The notes: generated from the letters alone by a model not told the origin. Positions 43,791-58,114 are shown, counted from the stretch's first letter. The stretch: 64,000 nt of DNA from Octopus vulgaris (GCA_951406725.2 OX597818.1:125860001-125924000), one strand, 5' to 3'. A program made the numbers and translations.

Positions 43791-44111
43791 GAAGGCGCGT
43801 GGCTTAGTGGTTAGGACATTCGACTGACGATTGTAAGGTCATGAGTTCGATTCCCGGCGATGCGTTGTGTCCTTGAGCAAGACACTTTATTTCACGTTGC
43901 TCCAGTCCACTCAGCTGGCAAAAATGAGTTGTACCTGTATTTCAAAGGGCCGGCCTTATCACACTCTGTGTCACGCTGAATCTCCCTGAGAACTACGTTA
44001 AGGGTACTTGTGTCTGGATTGCTCAGTCACTTGCACGTTAATTCCACGAGCAAGCTGTTCCGTTGATCGTATCAGCTAGGATCCTCGTCGTCGTAACCGA
44101 CGGAGTGCTCC
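43791..44111 (+). mobile_element. SINE family C, full length (tRNA head + CORE/V-like centre)
   Basis: A box tggcttagtgg, B box gagttcgattcc, then gtgtccttgagcaagacacttt...ccagtccactcagctgg. Confidence 0.9.
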
Positions 44112-44549
44112 TATATATTTAAGAGAGGGAGGACATAGACAATACAGCGCTAGGTATACAAAAGGTATGTACAATGATTTTTAATAGGCTTCTGAGAACC
44201 CTTTATTCCAAAACATGAAGCAAACACGAAGCATATCATTGCGTCAGTAAAATGTTAGCCTATCGCATGTGATATTTCCAGGTGATCTTGAAACTTTCCT
44301 GAAGTGGTGAAGGAGTTGAGGTACGAGTGTAACACCCAAGTGTTTAAACAATTAATCTGTAAGCATGTAATCTTGTACCCCAATTTTAAAAATGGTGGAG
44401 AAATACTGCTAAATTGTGTCCGACGCTTTAACGATATTGATATAAGCTTGCATTCTTACTATTTACGAGGTGGCATCAAAAAGTTCCAGGACTAGTTATG
44501 TTTACATATATATAGATAGATAAATAGACAGACAGACAGACAGACAGAC

Positions 44550-44637
<88 letters not shown>

Positions 44638-44653
44638 TCCACTAATTAAATTT

Positions 44654-45130
44654 TATACGCACTTCAGACAAAGAAAAACATGTGAAAATATTTTAATACT
44701 AAATTTATTTATTTACAAGACGACGTACAGCCACACCGCTGTCGGGACGTGCGAGCTTACCTGCATGAGAATCTGCAAGGACATTAGACAGAACGAAGAG
44801 GACAAATTGAGTTCTGCACATATTTTTGCATACTTTTACTTATGGGACACCCAAAAAGATGTCGTGTACCGCAGAAAATTGGCTACACTGACAGACATTC
44901 GGGAAGAAATTGAAATTGCATGTGTAGCAATCTCACTGGACATTTTGGTAAATGTTGCCTAAGCAACAATTCGCCGTACTAATTAGTGTTTGGAAGCTAA
45001 TAGCTCCCAACTCGAGTACTTCTTGTAATTAAAGTGGCTAGAGATATCTTGTAGTAATACCGTGATACAGAATAAATTTAATATTAAATTATTTCTACAC
45101 GTATTTCCTTTTTTTAAATAAAGTCTGTAT
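44654..45130 (+). mobile_element. old internally deleted maT/Tc1-like transposon
   Basis: FYLWDTQKDVVYRRKLATLTDIREEI; degenerate inverted ends (aatactaaatttatt / aataaatttaatatt). Confidence 0.65.
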
Positions 45131-45455
45131 ATATTTTTGCTGCAGACTCGGTATATTTATGTTTGTGTGTATATGTATGTATGTGTGTGTGTTTGTGTGT
45201 TATGTGTATATGTGTGTGTGTGTGTGTGTGTACATGTACATGCGTGTCTTTATGTCTGTGTTTGTCGCCACTACCGTTTGACAACCGGTGTTTGTTCCTG
45301 TAACTTCACACTTCAGTATAAGAGACCAATAGAATATATAACAGTCTTTAAAAAGTAAGTCCCTTTTCATTCTACAAGGTGAGACCCAGCATGGCCGCAG
45401 ATTTAAAAGATATTATATATATATATATATATAAGTATATATATATGCATATAAG

Positions 45456-45548
<93 letters not shown>

Positions 45549-45559
45549 TATATAGAAGG

Positions 45560-45610
45560 AGCTTCTACAGGACTAGTACTGTTTCATTCAAGAGAAATCT
45601 TCAGGAAGCT
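45560..45610 (-). ncRNA. type I hammerhead ribozyme (left arm)
   Basis: Exact reverse complement of 48802-48852. Confidence 0.75.
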
Positions 45611-46056
45611 ATTTAACAAGAATTGTATTAGCATTTATACATTTAGAGGAGTGGTGGTGGGGGACTTTTTGGGGGTAGGCATAGCGCAAAATATCATACT
45701 TGGGGGAGTGGTCAAGGTAATAAAAAAATAAAAAAATAAAAAATAAAAAAATAAAAAAATAAAAGGATAAAATAAAAGAATAAAAAAATAAAAATAAAAA
45801 ATATAAAAAATATAAAAAATATAAAAAGTATAAAAAATATATATAAAAAAATATATATAAAAAAATATATATAAAAAAATATATAAAAAAAAAAAAATAT
45901 ATATAAAAAAAATATATATATAAAATATATATATATAAAATATATATATAAAAAAAAAGGGGGGATAGAGTTATAGGTAAATAAGGAGATTCTCACTTAT
46001 ACCTATACACACATGTATACGTATCTACACACACATACGCACATACACATATATCT

Positions 46057-46097
<41 letters not shown>

Positions 46098-46576
46098 TAC
46101 ATATATATATATACATACCTACACATACACACATACATACATACAAATATACATATACATATATATATATACAATCCAATACAGGCCCATTCCCTAATTT
46201 TAATTTTATTATCTTCATTTATTACTTTTGTTATCTTTGATCGCTAGGGCTAAGAATCCTGGCAATAGCTGCTTGTCCGTTTGTCTGTCTACTAGAAGGC
46301 AAGTACTCATTCCCGCACGCACACTCATTAGCACGTACATTCACCCATTCGTACACTCATACACATACACGTACGCACGCGTTATATTCATACATACAAA
46401 CATCTACATACGTTCACGTATATACACATACGTACTCGTACCTACAGATTCGTGTCTACACTTTAGGAGGCTAGTCTATACATATACACCAATAAATATA
46501 CATATATATATATATATATATATACCCGCATATACATACACACACACACATATATACTCCTACATACAGATACATA

Positions 46577-46614
<38 letters not shown>

Positions 46615-47138
46615 TACATATATATATATACATATATACACATACCTACACATACACACATACACATACACACACATACATACACATATATATACATACA
46701 CAAACATATATACACACACATATATATACATACACACATACACACATACATACGTATACATACATACATACATCTATACATCCATACTTACATGCATTTA
46801 TACGCATACACACACCCATCTATATATATGTATATATATATATATATATATATACACACTCACACATACATATACAAATCTACGCACACACATACATACA
46901 TACACGTATACGCATACACGCACATACACATATACATGCGTACCCATACACGTGCACACACGCACGCGCATCCATATAAATACACACACACACATATATA
47001 TATACACGTGTGCAAGCATACATACATACTCATACGCGCACACATACTTACAAATACATATATGCACACACTTACACACATATATATACATACACATATA
47101 CATGCATACATACATATATGCATACATACACACACGCA

Positions 47139-47197
<59 letters not shown>

Positions 47198-47825
47198 TAT
47201 ACATACATAGACATACATACACATACATACACATACACATACGTACACACACATATACACATATATATATATACATATATACATATATACACATACATGC
47301 ATACATATATACACATATACATACATATACATACACACACACATACATATATACATATACACTGATACACATACCCATACATACACATGCATATACTTAT
47401 ATTACTACATACTCACATATATAGACATATATACATATACACACATACATATATACATGTACATACACATACGCATGCATATATATATATATATATACAC
47501 ACACATATATACACATACATATATATATATATATATATACATACGTACACACACACACACACATACATATACACATATACATGTATACATACGCAAAAAT
47601 GATACGCATATATACACATACACACACACAGACAGATGCATATACATACATATATATATATATATAAACTACATATCTATATAAATACAAACATAATACA
47701 CATATACACACACATATATATACATTCATGCATACACATATACAAGTATACATACACAAACATACACACACACGCGCACACATACATATACACACACACA
47801 TATACAAATACATACATACACACAT

Positions 47826-47870
<45 letters not shown>

Positions 47871-48801
47871 CATGTACACATATACATATGTATATATATA
47901 TCAACAAGGGAGGGTAAAGTTAATTAGTTATTAATCAATTTCAACAAGTGTTCAGTATGTAAAGGGACCATTATTATTTTGAGTAAACAATGTTAGAGGG
48001 AAAAAAATTCTCTAAGTAGTGGAAGAGGCTAAAAAACTTTATTGGCTGCTATTTCTAGAAAGTTTAGTATGTGGCAAAGTAATTTATTTTATTTTCCTAA
48101 GCCCTAATTATATAATATTTTATACATACATACACATACATAAGCACATACATTTACACATACATATGCATATACATATATACACATATACATACAAACA
48201 CATATACACATATACACACACACACACATACAAGCACATACATATATCTATACATATATATACACATATATATACACATATATATATATATATATATACA
48301 TGCAAATATATATACATATATATTTTTTTACATGCATACATACACACACACACACATAATACATGCGTATATTCCTACTGTACCCATGCATTTCTATACA
48401 TATATACATACATACATACGATACACATATACAAGCGTGCACATATAATATGTGAAAGGTCTTAGGAGAAAAGGTAATCGGGGGTGCTAGGGGAACAGTG
48501 GGGTTGGGGGGGGGGTTGTAGGGGGGGGTTGTCATCAATCAGGTTGCCGGGTAGGTCTATAGTTCTTGTAGTTCGCGTACTTCTTATGCATACAGTTTGG
48601 GGAGTGTTCTGAAAATTTTTTTATTCTTTTATTTTATCCTTTTATTTTTTTATTTTTTTATTTTTTTATTTTTTATTTTTTTATTTTTTTATTACCTTGA
48701 CCACTCCCCCAAGTATGATATTTTGCGCTATGCCTACCCCCAAAAAGTCCCCCACCACCACTCCTCTAAATGTATAAATGCTAATACAATTCTTGTTAAA
48801 T

Positions 48802-48852
48802 AGCTTCCTGAAGATTTCTCTTGAATGAAACAGTACTAGTCCTGTAGAAGCT
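48802..48852 (+). ncRNA. type I hammerhead ribozyme (right arm)
   Basis: agcttc-CTGAAGA-t ttc tctt gaa t-GAAA-cag tactagtc ctg-TA-gaagct; 6-bp helix I; AATAAA follows about 10 nt later. Confidence 0.75.
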
Positions 48853-48933
48853 CCTTCTATATAATAAATTAATTTTACTCTGCTATGTATTGAGTACCTT
48901 ACTTACTGTGGTTAACCCCGTATCAACCCGGGA

Positions 48934-48990
<57 letters not shown>

Positions 48991-49206
48991 GTATGTATGT
49001 ATTTATATATATCCACTTCCACGTTTCAAAGAACGGAAATTACAGAACATATCAATGTCGGAAAACGGAAAACAAATAAACAAATAAGATCTAGACAACC
49101 AATAGAAACATTAATTAGCCAGATTCGTTAGGCTAATTAACCTTAAGCATATCTTTTAGAGCTTTGTAGAGAAGTGGAAGTAAAGATTACATGAACGTAG
49201 AATAAA

Positions 49207-49370
49207 TAGGCGCAGAAGTGGCTGTGTGGCAAGAGCCTTGCTCCCTAACCACATGATTCCTGGTTCAGACCCACTGCATGACACCTTGGGTAAGTGTCTT
49301 CTAATGAAACCTCGGGCTGACCAAAGTCTTGTGAGTGGATTTGGTAGATGAAAACTGAAAGAAGCCCGTC

Positions 49371-49409
<39 letters not shown>

Positions 49410-49983
49410 ATATATATATATATACTAATATAAGATGAAGTTTTTTTACAGAAAATAAATTCCATCAAAAAATGTGGCAGCATATTAAAATACCTTTAAG
49501 GTTAAAATTATAAACAACTTATAAATAAGGGCTAAAGAAAATTATTTCTATGCCAATTTGCTGATAACAGACTTTTAAATCGTCAATTTCCACATATTAT
49601 TTACTCGCTACAGAAAAAACACGAAGAGCTGAAATCGAGGAAAGCCGGCCGATAGAATTTTTTTTTAAAGTTCGTTATGTCTATATTGAATCAATTTCGG
49701 AATTAATCTCATAATAGATTTTTTCCTCCTCAGTAGAAAATACGAATGGATATAAATAAGATACAGGTGCCCATGGAAAAAAGCCGAAACAAAAATCATG
49801 AGTACATATAAGTACCCCAGATATATCTAAAAATAAAATTCTTTGGTCAGCCTCAGCATACTTGTGAACTGTTCTCCACTACAGCTTATGGTGGTTACCA
49901 GTCCTTATAGCGAGTAGTAATAAGGCTACTACTAATATAGGATGAAGTTTTTTCAAAGCCTGTTATCAGCATATTGGCATAGA

Positions 49984-50023
<40 letters not shown>

Positions 50024-50262
50024 ATGTATTATGTATGTATATATATATGTATTTATGTGTCTTTGTTTGTCGCCTCACCATCGCTTGTCAACCGATGTCG
50101 GTGTGCTTATGTCCGCGTAACGTAGCTTTTCGGCAAAAGAGAACGACAGGATAAGTACTAGGTTTAAAATGAATAAGTCCTGGGGTCGATTTGACTAAAG
50201 GCAGTATTTCAGCATGACCGCAGTCACATGACTGAAACAAGTAAAAGAATGAAAGAATAAAA
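49207..50262 (+). mobile_element. SINE family B (head 49207-49372, tail ~50055-50262) interrupted by a ~560-bp insert
   Basis: Head and tail match the other B copies. Confidence 0.8.
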
Positions 50263-50544
50263 TGTTAATTACCAATGAATTTGTCAGGTACCAGTTCATT
50301 GGTAAAACAGGTAGTATGGTGTCATTTTAGACACAATGTTTAAATCTCTACATTGAAAAGCTTTCATGGTAAGAGTTAATCGATTATAACGATTCAGTAC
50401 TTGACTTTTAGTTTATTTTATCGATCTCGTGGGTGGGGGATGAAAATTAAAGGATGACTTACACGAAATTTGATCTCATAATGTAAAGATTCGGAATAAA
50501 TGTCACATAGAATTTATATTTCCGACAATCTATTTATATGTAAT

Positions 50545-51160
50545 GAAACCAGTGGTACCGGCCCTAGATATAGAAGTAAAGACGGGAAATAGAATACAAA
50601 GAGTTTGTGACAAAGCATACAGGGTGAACACGTGGTACAATACCGATAAATATCAAGGAGTGATGTTTGTAGAGGCCACAGCCCATGGAGAACGAGACCG
50701 TAGATTTAAGAGGCCAAACTCGACATTATGATCGTTGAAAAGTCAGGGAGCTCCATCAGATCACAACTATGTAGGACGTACCCCTTTAAGAATACCAAAT
50801 GTACCAATGATAACTGTATGGCATGTAGGATTAACCCTGGAATTAACTGTAGAACTAGAGCTGTAGTCTGCAGGATAAGGTGCACAGAAGTTGCGTATTA
50901 AGACAAGAACATGATATACAAAGGTGAGCTATCTAGAAGAATTTCGGAAAGACTAAATGGACATTTGAGACAATAAGACGAAAAAAAAAAATCAGTCCTC
51001 CATACTCTACCAACATGCCAAAGACCGATATGGAGGCAACCTAGGTCAATTACACATCCGCATTTTATCCTAGTACCCGAAGGACACAACACTCAGACAA
51101 ATACAGGAGTACGTTCTCATAAATGAAACATCCCCAGTACTAAATAGGAAATATACATAG
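50545..51160 (+). mobile_element. PLE C-terminal fragment (Cys-rich linker + GIY-YIG endonuclease)
   Basis: VMFVEAT...VEKSGSSIRSQL...KCTNDNCMAC...NCRTRAVVCRIRC...YKGELSRRISERLNGH...PVLNRK. Confidence 0.8.
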
Positions 51161-51268
51161 TAGGTAACCATACCCGTATACCCACACTAAATATATACAG
51201 ATAGAATAGTTAGTGGGCTCTTATGTGGATGTATGTATGTGTGCATGTGTGTGCATGTGTGTGCATGT

Positions 51269-51305
<37 letters not shown>

Positions 51306-51398
51306 TACACGTATGTATATTTTTATACATACGCAAGTACATAGTCACAAAAACTCATACACAAACACACTCAGACATGCACAGACAAGGTGACAAAA

Positions 51399-51433
<35 letters not shown>

Positions 51434-52180
51434 AACATAAAAACACAAACACATGAATATGCAGAATACATACATACAAACGTACACACATACATACATA
51501 TATATATATATGCGCACACACACACACATACATGCATGCACGTACATACATACATGCATACATGCATACATGCATACATACATACATACATACATACATA
51601 CATACATACATGCATGCATACATACATACATACATACATGCATATGTGTATGAGCACGCACATTGGCCCAATACACATGCGCACAAACAAACAAAAAGAA
51701 CGCAGTTCAGAGAACAAAATCAACGACTACTGAAAAGGTTGCAAAACGCAACGAAAATGCAAGAAAAAGCAAATAAGTAAATTAGTGGAAACTAAACTGG
51801 TGAGTGTATTAAATAATGGAGCCCAGAAAGAGAATGACTCTCCTCAGACACAGCAAAATATGCATCAACACACCGACTCACATTAAGAATCTTGCAAACC
51901 AAATCCAACGACGAAATTATTGAAGTCGACCTTCCTTTTCAATGTGCAGAGCTATTTTTTACTAGTTAGTTATATTTAGCAGATCGAGCCACTCTGTGTA
52001 GATGTTTCGTTACCGTATTTTCAAAATGTTTCTAGTGTATTAGTGTTATTAGACACCTATCTAGACATTAATAACTCCAGGCCTAATAAAAATAGATTGG
52101 TGCGAAAACTATGGACGGAAATACGATAGGATAGGAGCCATAAGAAAGAAAGAGATAAGTGAAAAAGGTTAGGAGGAGAA

Positions 52181-52231
<51 letters not shown>

Positions 52232-52553
52232 GTTGATCTGGTTCGTACACCATAAAATGAGTGACTGCTCATATATAATGGGACACTATATATAAGTGGG
52301 ATAAAGTTTATCGGAGCTAACTGTATACAAGCTTAACGGTGCGTGGCATTGCAGTCTCCACAATGACCAACAATATAATAATGTGACTGTTTACTAATTT
52401 ATACTTTATAACATAGACCGAAAAACGGGAATTTTTAATAAACCTCAATATATTTCTCTCTGTCTCTATCTGTCTATTTGTTTGTCAGTCTGTCGGTTTA
52501 TCTGCCTGTTTCTCTCTCTCTCTCCATATCTGTCTGTCTGTCTCTCTTTCTCT

Positions 52554-52631
<78 letters not shown>

Positions 52632-53134
52632 ATATCGGTCACTTCAGCATCGTGGTTTTCGACTTTTGCCATTTCCCTGGACTTTTTCTCTTTCTTCTTT
52701 CCTATATAAGTACTGACAAAACATTAGGATACAATTGAATGTTAGGGGAGTTTAAATCACAAGAGGTCAATGAAAGATTAACTGAGGAATGTTCATAACG
52801 GCTGTGCTGGTATTCTCCCGGAACATTGACACGTAAGCTCAGATTATTGATATTATGTTGCAGGTAAAGCTAGTCATCGCTATTTATGAGCCATTCCGTT
52901 AAGTAGATTATCTCCCTTGGCAAGGCGGTTCTCCATGCAGACAATTCGACTTCCGCGGACTACCCACGCCATTGTTGTTTTGTGTCACGTCATATCATCG
53001 AAAGATTTTTGCTGAAATTTCTTTAAATATAAGGAGAGGTGGGCTTAATATATGAGACAATTGCTTTTGGTCAATGACAGCAACACTGATGGAGAAGACG
53101 AGGTTGGGGTGGTGGAGCATGGTGATTGAGGCTC

Positions 53135-55265
53135 CTCGTCTGGGTTCAATCCCACTGTGTGGCACCTTAGGCAAGTGTCTTCTACAATAGCCTCGGGTTG
53201 AACAAAGTGGATTTGGTAGATGGAAACTGAAAGAAGGACATTGTGTGTGTGTGTGTATGTGCGCGTGTGTTTATCCTCCACCACCTGTTTCTTTACTACC
53301 CACAAGGGGCCAAATACAGAGAGGACAAACGGATTAAGTCGATTATATCGACCCCAGTACGTAACTGGTACTTATTTAATCGACCCCGAAAGGATGAAAG
53401 GCAAAGTCAACCTCGGCGGAATTTGAACTCACAACGTAGCAGCAGACGAACTACCGCGAAGCATTTCGCGTGCTAACATTTCTTCCAACTCACCACCTTT
53501 GTCCTCCACCACCGCTTGACAGCGAGTGTTGCGCAGGGGTGTGTGTTTATGTAATTTAGTGGTTTGGCAAAAAGAGACCATCAGAATAAGTGGTGGCTGT
53601 AAATTGTTCAGTCTAGCACACAATTTCCAGATTTTTGATACTTGGTGAGACATACTTAAAGGCATGACTACTTTCAAAATATTGAAGTTCTTAATTCTTT
53701 CCATCTGACGCTCAACATGAACCCGAAGGTTTGCAATAGTCCGTGATTCCAAAACTTCCCTCTTGGATAGTTACTTTTTCTGGTTTTTAAACGGGAGTAG
53801 GATCAACTGGATTCTACGGGCTGTTGTGAGATCAAAGATAAGAAATCCTTTGTCGGTCATTATGGAATCGCTACTTTCGCAGTGATCTAATAAATGGCTT
53901 TTCCGTGAAAAACTTTATCACTGACACTCCCTGCCCATAACTCCGATACAAAAGTTACTGCACCAGCTGGAATGATACCTATTAAGCCCTTCCATGTCAT
54001 ACGTGATTTATAATCACTGTACATCATTTGCTTTGTGGAGAAGGAGTCTCAGTTCGTATTTCTGTACAATCAACTATAACTCGACAAGTTCGATGCTTTG
54101 CACGAAATGATGGTGGCATATGGTCATTCACTGCTTTTCTTGATGGCCATATTACCAGAAATGATATCTGGACATCTAAGTAATCAATCCACTTATTAAA
54201 TATTGTGCCGCATGTTATTGTGCTAATGCAGGAGCGATATGCTAAATCCTCTAATAGTAGCCCAAGTCGCAATCTCATAAGTACAAGAAAAAAATTCATC
54301 AATTAATCGAAGCTGCCTGGGTTTCTCTTGCTCTGATGATTCACCATGTCTGGTAGTTTTCATAAAAAAAAAATAATCAAAAGTCATGGAATCTGGTATT
54401 CCAGAGTAAAATAGAAACTTCTACTTATCATTTTTCACATCTTCATATGTAAGCACAGGTGCATTTGCCTGTGTTTCACAATCCACCATCTTACTTTCCA
54501 AGGTCCGAGTACTGCGTGTATGATCATGCACGTACCGATGTTTTAAATACTTTGTTTGGAAAAACGGATGGCAAGGGGTGTTCTGTGAATGGTCCATTTA
54601 GAATTGACGAAATGCTGGGAGCTAATCTGGCTATTTGCAATGTAAACAAAGACTTTCCTCACAAGTCTCGATCTCTGAAGCTAAATACGACGAATAGCGA
54701 CGTTTGCTGGGTATCTACGAAGTGAAATAACTTTGCCGTCTACATTCTTCCCTCTATAATTGCTGCATATACAACAGTATTTGCGCGATTTCTTCGGAGA
54801 CATCATATAAATCGGTCATACAGCCTGAGTCGGTAGTCCGCAGAAGTAGAAGCAAGTCACTGAGCATGCGTAAATTTCATACGGGAGAGTTCCAACCAGG
54901 GACAGATAACTACCTTCTCGGGATGTGCTATAACCGAAATCTTGATGAGAAGAATTAAAGTCTGCCGGCTGGTCCACACAGATATTTGAAGAATAGAGGT
55001 ACTGATAGTGCATTTTCCTGCAAGCAATCAGCGGCCAGCATTTTAATAGCAGTTTATACTTTTGCCAAAACAAGTGTGGGATAGTACCTTGATAGCAAAT
55101 AAAGATATACATATAGTGGGAAATGTACAGACATGAGCTTACAGGAAGAGGAACAGAACACACACGCCTTCCCCCCACCACCACACAGACACGATTTGTT
55201 CGACTAAAGCGGTACTCCAGCATGGCCATAGTCAAGTGACTGAAATATGTAAACGAGTAAAAGGA
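53135..55265 (+). mobile_element. SINE family B scaffold broken by a SINE A (53288-53497, minus) and a DNA transposon
   Basis: B head at 53135-53240, middle at 53497-53590, tail at 55190-55265. Confidence 0.7.
53580..54870 (-). mobile_element. PIF/Harbinger (ISL2EU-like) transposon with a THAP + HTH + DDE transposase pseudogene
   Basis: N-terminal YCCICSN...YPAN...SQHF...PSVF (THAP-like); LVLMRLRLGLLLEDLAYR; VIVDCTEIRTETPS; MTDKGFLI; IANLRVHVERQMERIKNF...NLQPPLI. Confidence 0.85.
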
Positions 55266-55718
55266 TATATACATATGTGTCTGTATGTGTGTGTGTGTGT
55301 GTATGTATCTTTTAAATTGGTTTACGAGAAACTTTTTGAATATGCAAATAAAGCGCTTATTCTATTATGTTGGCCACAGTCTAATGCTGCTGACTGGTGA
55401 ACCTGTTTTCGGAGGGTTACATCGAGCTGTACCGATGTAAGGTAGGATAAATATAGGAATGATAACAATAATCCTTGGATGGAATTTATAAACATTTTGA
55501 TGCACCGCTACGCGCATTTCCACAAATCACAGATCACAGTCCGTATTCCTGGTATGGTTACAGTGTAATCCGTAGTAACCGTGGGTATCGGGTAATAATC
55601 TTCATGGATTCATTTATTCAGACGATATAATATTAACCTGTGTGCGTGCGAGTGTGTGTGTGTATGTGTATAACATATACGAGAGAAAGAGAAAATAGAA
55701 TTCACGAGATTGTTTATT

Positions 55719-55827
55719 AATCACTACGATCGTTTCGACAACATCGTGCAACGGTACCTCGCTGGTGAAATTGTGTGCAACTGATTGTGGGGCATCATTC
55801 TGTGTAGATGTACCTCGTCAGGTGATT
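55719..55827 (-). ncRNA. type I hammerhead ribozyme with a canonical core and long helix II
   Basis: Minus: aatcac-CTGACGA-ggtacatc...gatgttgtc-GAAA-cgatcg-TA-gtgatt-AATAAA. Confidence 0.8.
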
Positions 55828-56146
55828 TTCAAAAGGTATCTCGCTCATTAAACCCGGTTTCACTTATTTCGATTATAATACATTTCGATATTTGCCTGTA
55901 GCAGGGGGCGTACAAGGGAGATCAAGCTATAGAATAATTTAGAATGAAGTACAGTTTCCTTCTGTGGGTAATAAGCCCACTTACAACTAATCATAAATAA
56001 AATATGTATATAAGAATCAGAAATCAAAAATAAGATAAGGATACAATGAGCAGATTAATCGTATACGGTTGTACCTCGGTTTTCTAACAACTCTGATCAC
56101 GAATAAATCGTGCTTCATCTCCTGTCTTTCTCATATTCATTTAATA

Positions 56147-56505
56147 CAGGAGTACCTGGGTTTACGAACGTCTCTGATCACTAATAGATCGTACTTTATA
56201 TATATATATATACCTATATATATATATATATATATAGTTAATCCAAACAAGAAAGCACAAAAAAAAACACAACAACGCGAGGACGTGCAACAAATATAGT
56301 ATTATTGGACGCTCAGGAAAGAAGGAGGGTTTAACGTTTCGAGCGGAGCTCTTCGTCGGAAACACAGGAGAAGAAAAGATCCAGAGAAGGGAAGAAAGAG
56401 GAAAAAAATCGCCAAGTGTGTGCGTGTGTGTGTGTGTATGTGTGTGTGTGTGTATGTGTGTGTGTGTGTGCGTGCGTGCGTGTGTGTGTGTGTGTGCGTG
56501 CGTGC

Positions 56506-56539
<34 letters not shown>

Positions 56540-56588
56540 AGCACGATTTTTTCGTGATCAGAGCTTTTCGAAAACCGAGATACTACTG
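56147..56588. mobile_element. Tigger/pogo-like hairpin MITE (TA TSD) split by a PLE fragment; extra orphan arm at 56063-56115
   Basis: TA|caggagtacctgggtttacgaac...gatcac versus gtgatc...ttcgaaaaccgagatactactg|TA. Confidence 0.7.
56329..56363 (-). ncRNA. minimal type I hammerhead ribozyme in a ~180-bp PLE terminal repeat (~56236-56415)
   Basis: Minus: gttt-CCGACGA-a-gagc tcc gctc-GAAA-cg-TT-aaac. Confidence 0.75.
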
Positions 56589-56664
56589 TACTATGCTTGC
56601 ATTGATAAAGATATATATTAAATAAAGTCAATAAAGCCATGTATATCTTGATCAAGGCAAGTAT

Positions 56665-56810
56665 ACGACGGGGTTCTTTCAGTTTCCGTCTACGGAATCC
56701 ACCCACAAGGCTTTGATCGGCCATAGTAGGAGATATTTACCTAAGATGTCACGCAGTGGGACTGAACCCAGAACCATATGATTGGGAAGCAAGCTTCTTA
56801 CCACACAGCA
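56665..56810 (-). mobile_element. SINE family B head
   Basis: acgacggg...gtgggactgaaccc...ttaccacacagc. Confidence 0.8.
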
Positions 56811-57348
56811 ACGGAATAACTTAGTCAGCAATTACAGTTGTTTATGGCTACAGTCTGTTTCCTGAACCTCCGTTCCTCTGCTTAGTGCACTTATTCGGAC
56901 AACCTGCTTTTAAGCATTTCATCCTTTCCCCTCTGTGTGAGAAACCGGAAGTTATTTAAAACGGCTTAAAGCATTGGGGAGTGATAATGTTATTTTCAAA
57001 ATACATCAAACCTTTTAAAGTACTTACTACATTCTCCCACGGCAGGAGAGAGATAAGATACGATACGGGATCTGAATGAGTGTATTTATGCAGCTTGTGC
57101 ATACGTTAACGAAACAGCCTGTACCTACATAAGGTCTTAACTTTGACCGTATTACGTTAAGCACTACAAAAACTGGTATTGAGTGCTCTTGTATCTTATA
57201 TAGATTTAATTATTATCTCTCTCACACTTACAAACTTAATACACAGATACTAATATATACATTTATATATGTATTGCTCTCTGTCTGTCTGCCTGTCTGT
57301 CTATTTCTCTTTCTTTCGCTCTCTCTCTCTCTCTCTCTCCACACACAT

Positions 57349-57396
<48 letters not shown>

Positions 57397-57500
57397 ATTT
57401 ATACAAACACATATATGTATTTATATAGGCATATATACACATATAATATACATTAATACATACATACACACATACATACATACATACATACATACATACA

Positions 57501-57531
<31 letters not shown>

Positions 57532-57852
57532 GTACATATATTCATAGAGAGAGACATAAACACGTGTGATCATGCGTGCGTGCATGCATTTGTAATTCTA
57601 CCCCGCTGCTCCTAATTTTCCAACTAATTATAACTTGTAGAGCGAGGAACAATATTGGGTTAAAATTGCTCTTGACAATATCATTCAAATAAACAAAAAC
57701 ACGAGATGAACGAACAAATTTGAAGAAAATGAACAAAACCCGAATTGTTCGGGAGTGGAAGCTTATTCAACCAACCAGACATTGAGCTTATCCGTCACGG
57801 CTACGGTTCAAATATTTTAAGCAAACACGTTAGCTGAGAACGAAAGCTTCAT

Positions 57853-57882
57853 GATTATTATTATTACTATTATTATTTATTA

Positions 57883-57949
<67 letters not shown>

Positions 57950-58038
57950 TACTATTACTATTACTATTATTATTATTATTATTATTACTATTACTATTAC
58001 TATTATTATTATTATTATTATTACTATTACTATTACTA

Positions 58039-58069
<31 letters not shown>

Positions 58070-58078
58070 TACTATTAC

Positions 58079-58114
<36 letters not shown>

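Larger units (their letters stand above)
45543..48938. mobile_element. non-coding PLE-type element bounded by ~250-bp near-perfect inverted repeats (45543-45789 / 48615-48869), plus a 3' tail to ~48938
   Basis: The arms appear identical except for one extra 8-bp A7T unit. Each arm carries an HHR, and both outer ends abut (TA)n. Confidence 0.85.

Noticed and set aside
43791-43860. tRNA-like sequences (also 60540, 62466)
   Set aside because: SINE heads: A/B boxes run on into shared SINE bodies and there is no complete cloverleaf.
51738-51765. ctgaaaag-gttgc aaaac gcaac-gaaa hammerhead-like motif
   Set aside because: No helix I or helix III complement, and G8 is missing.
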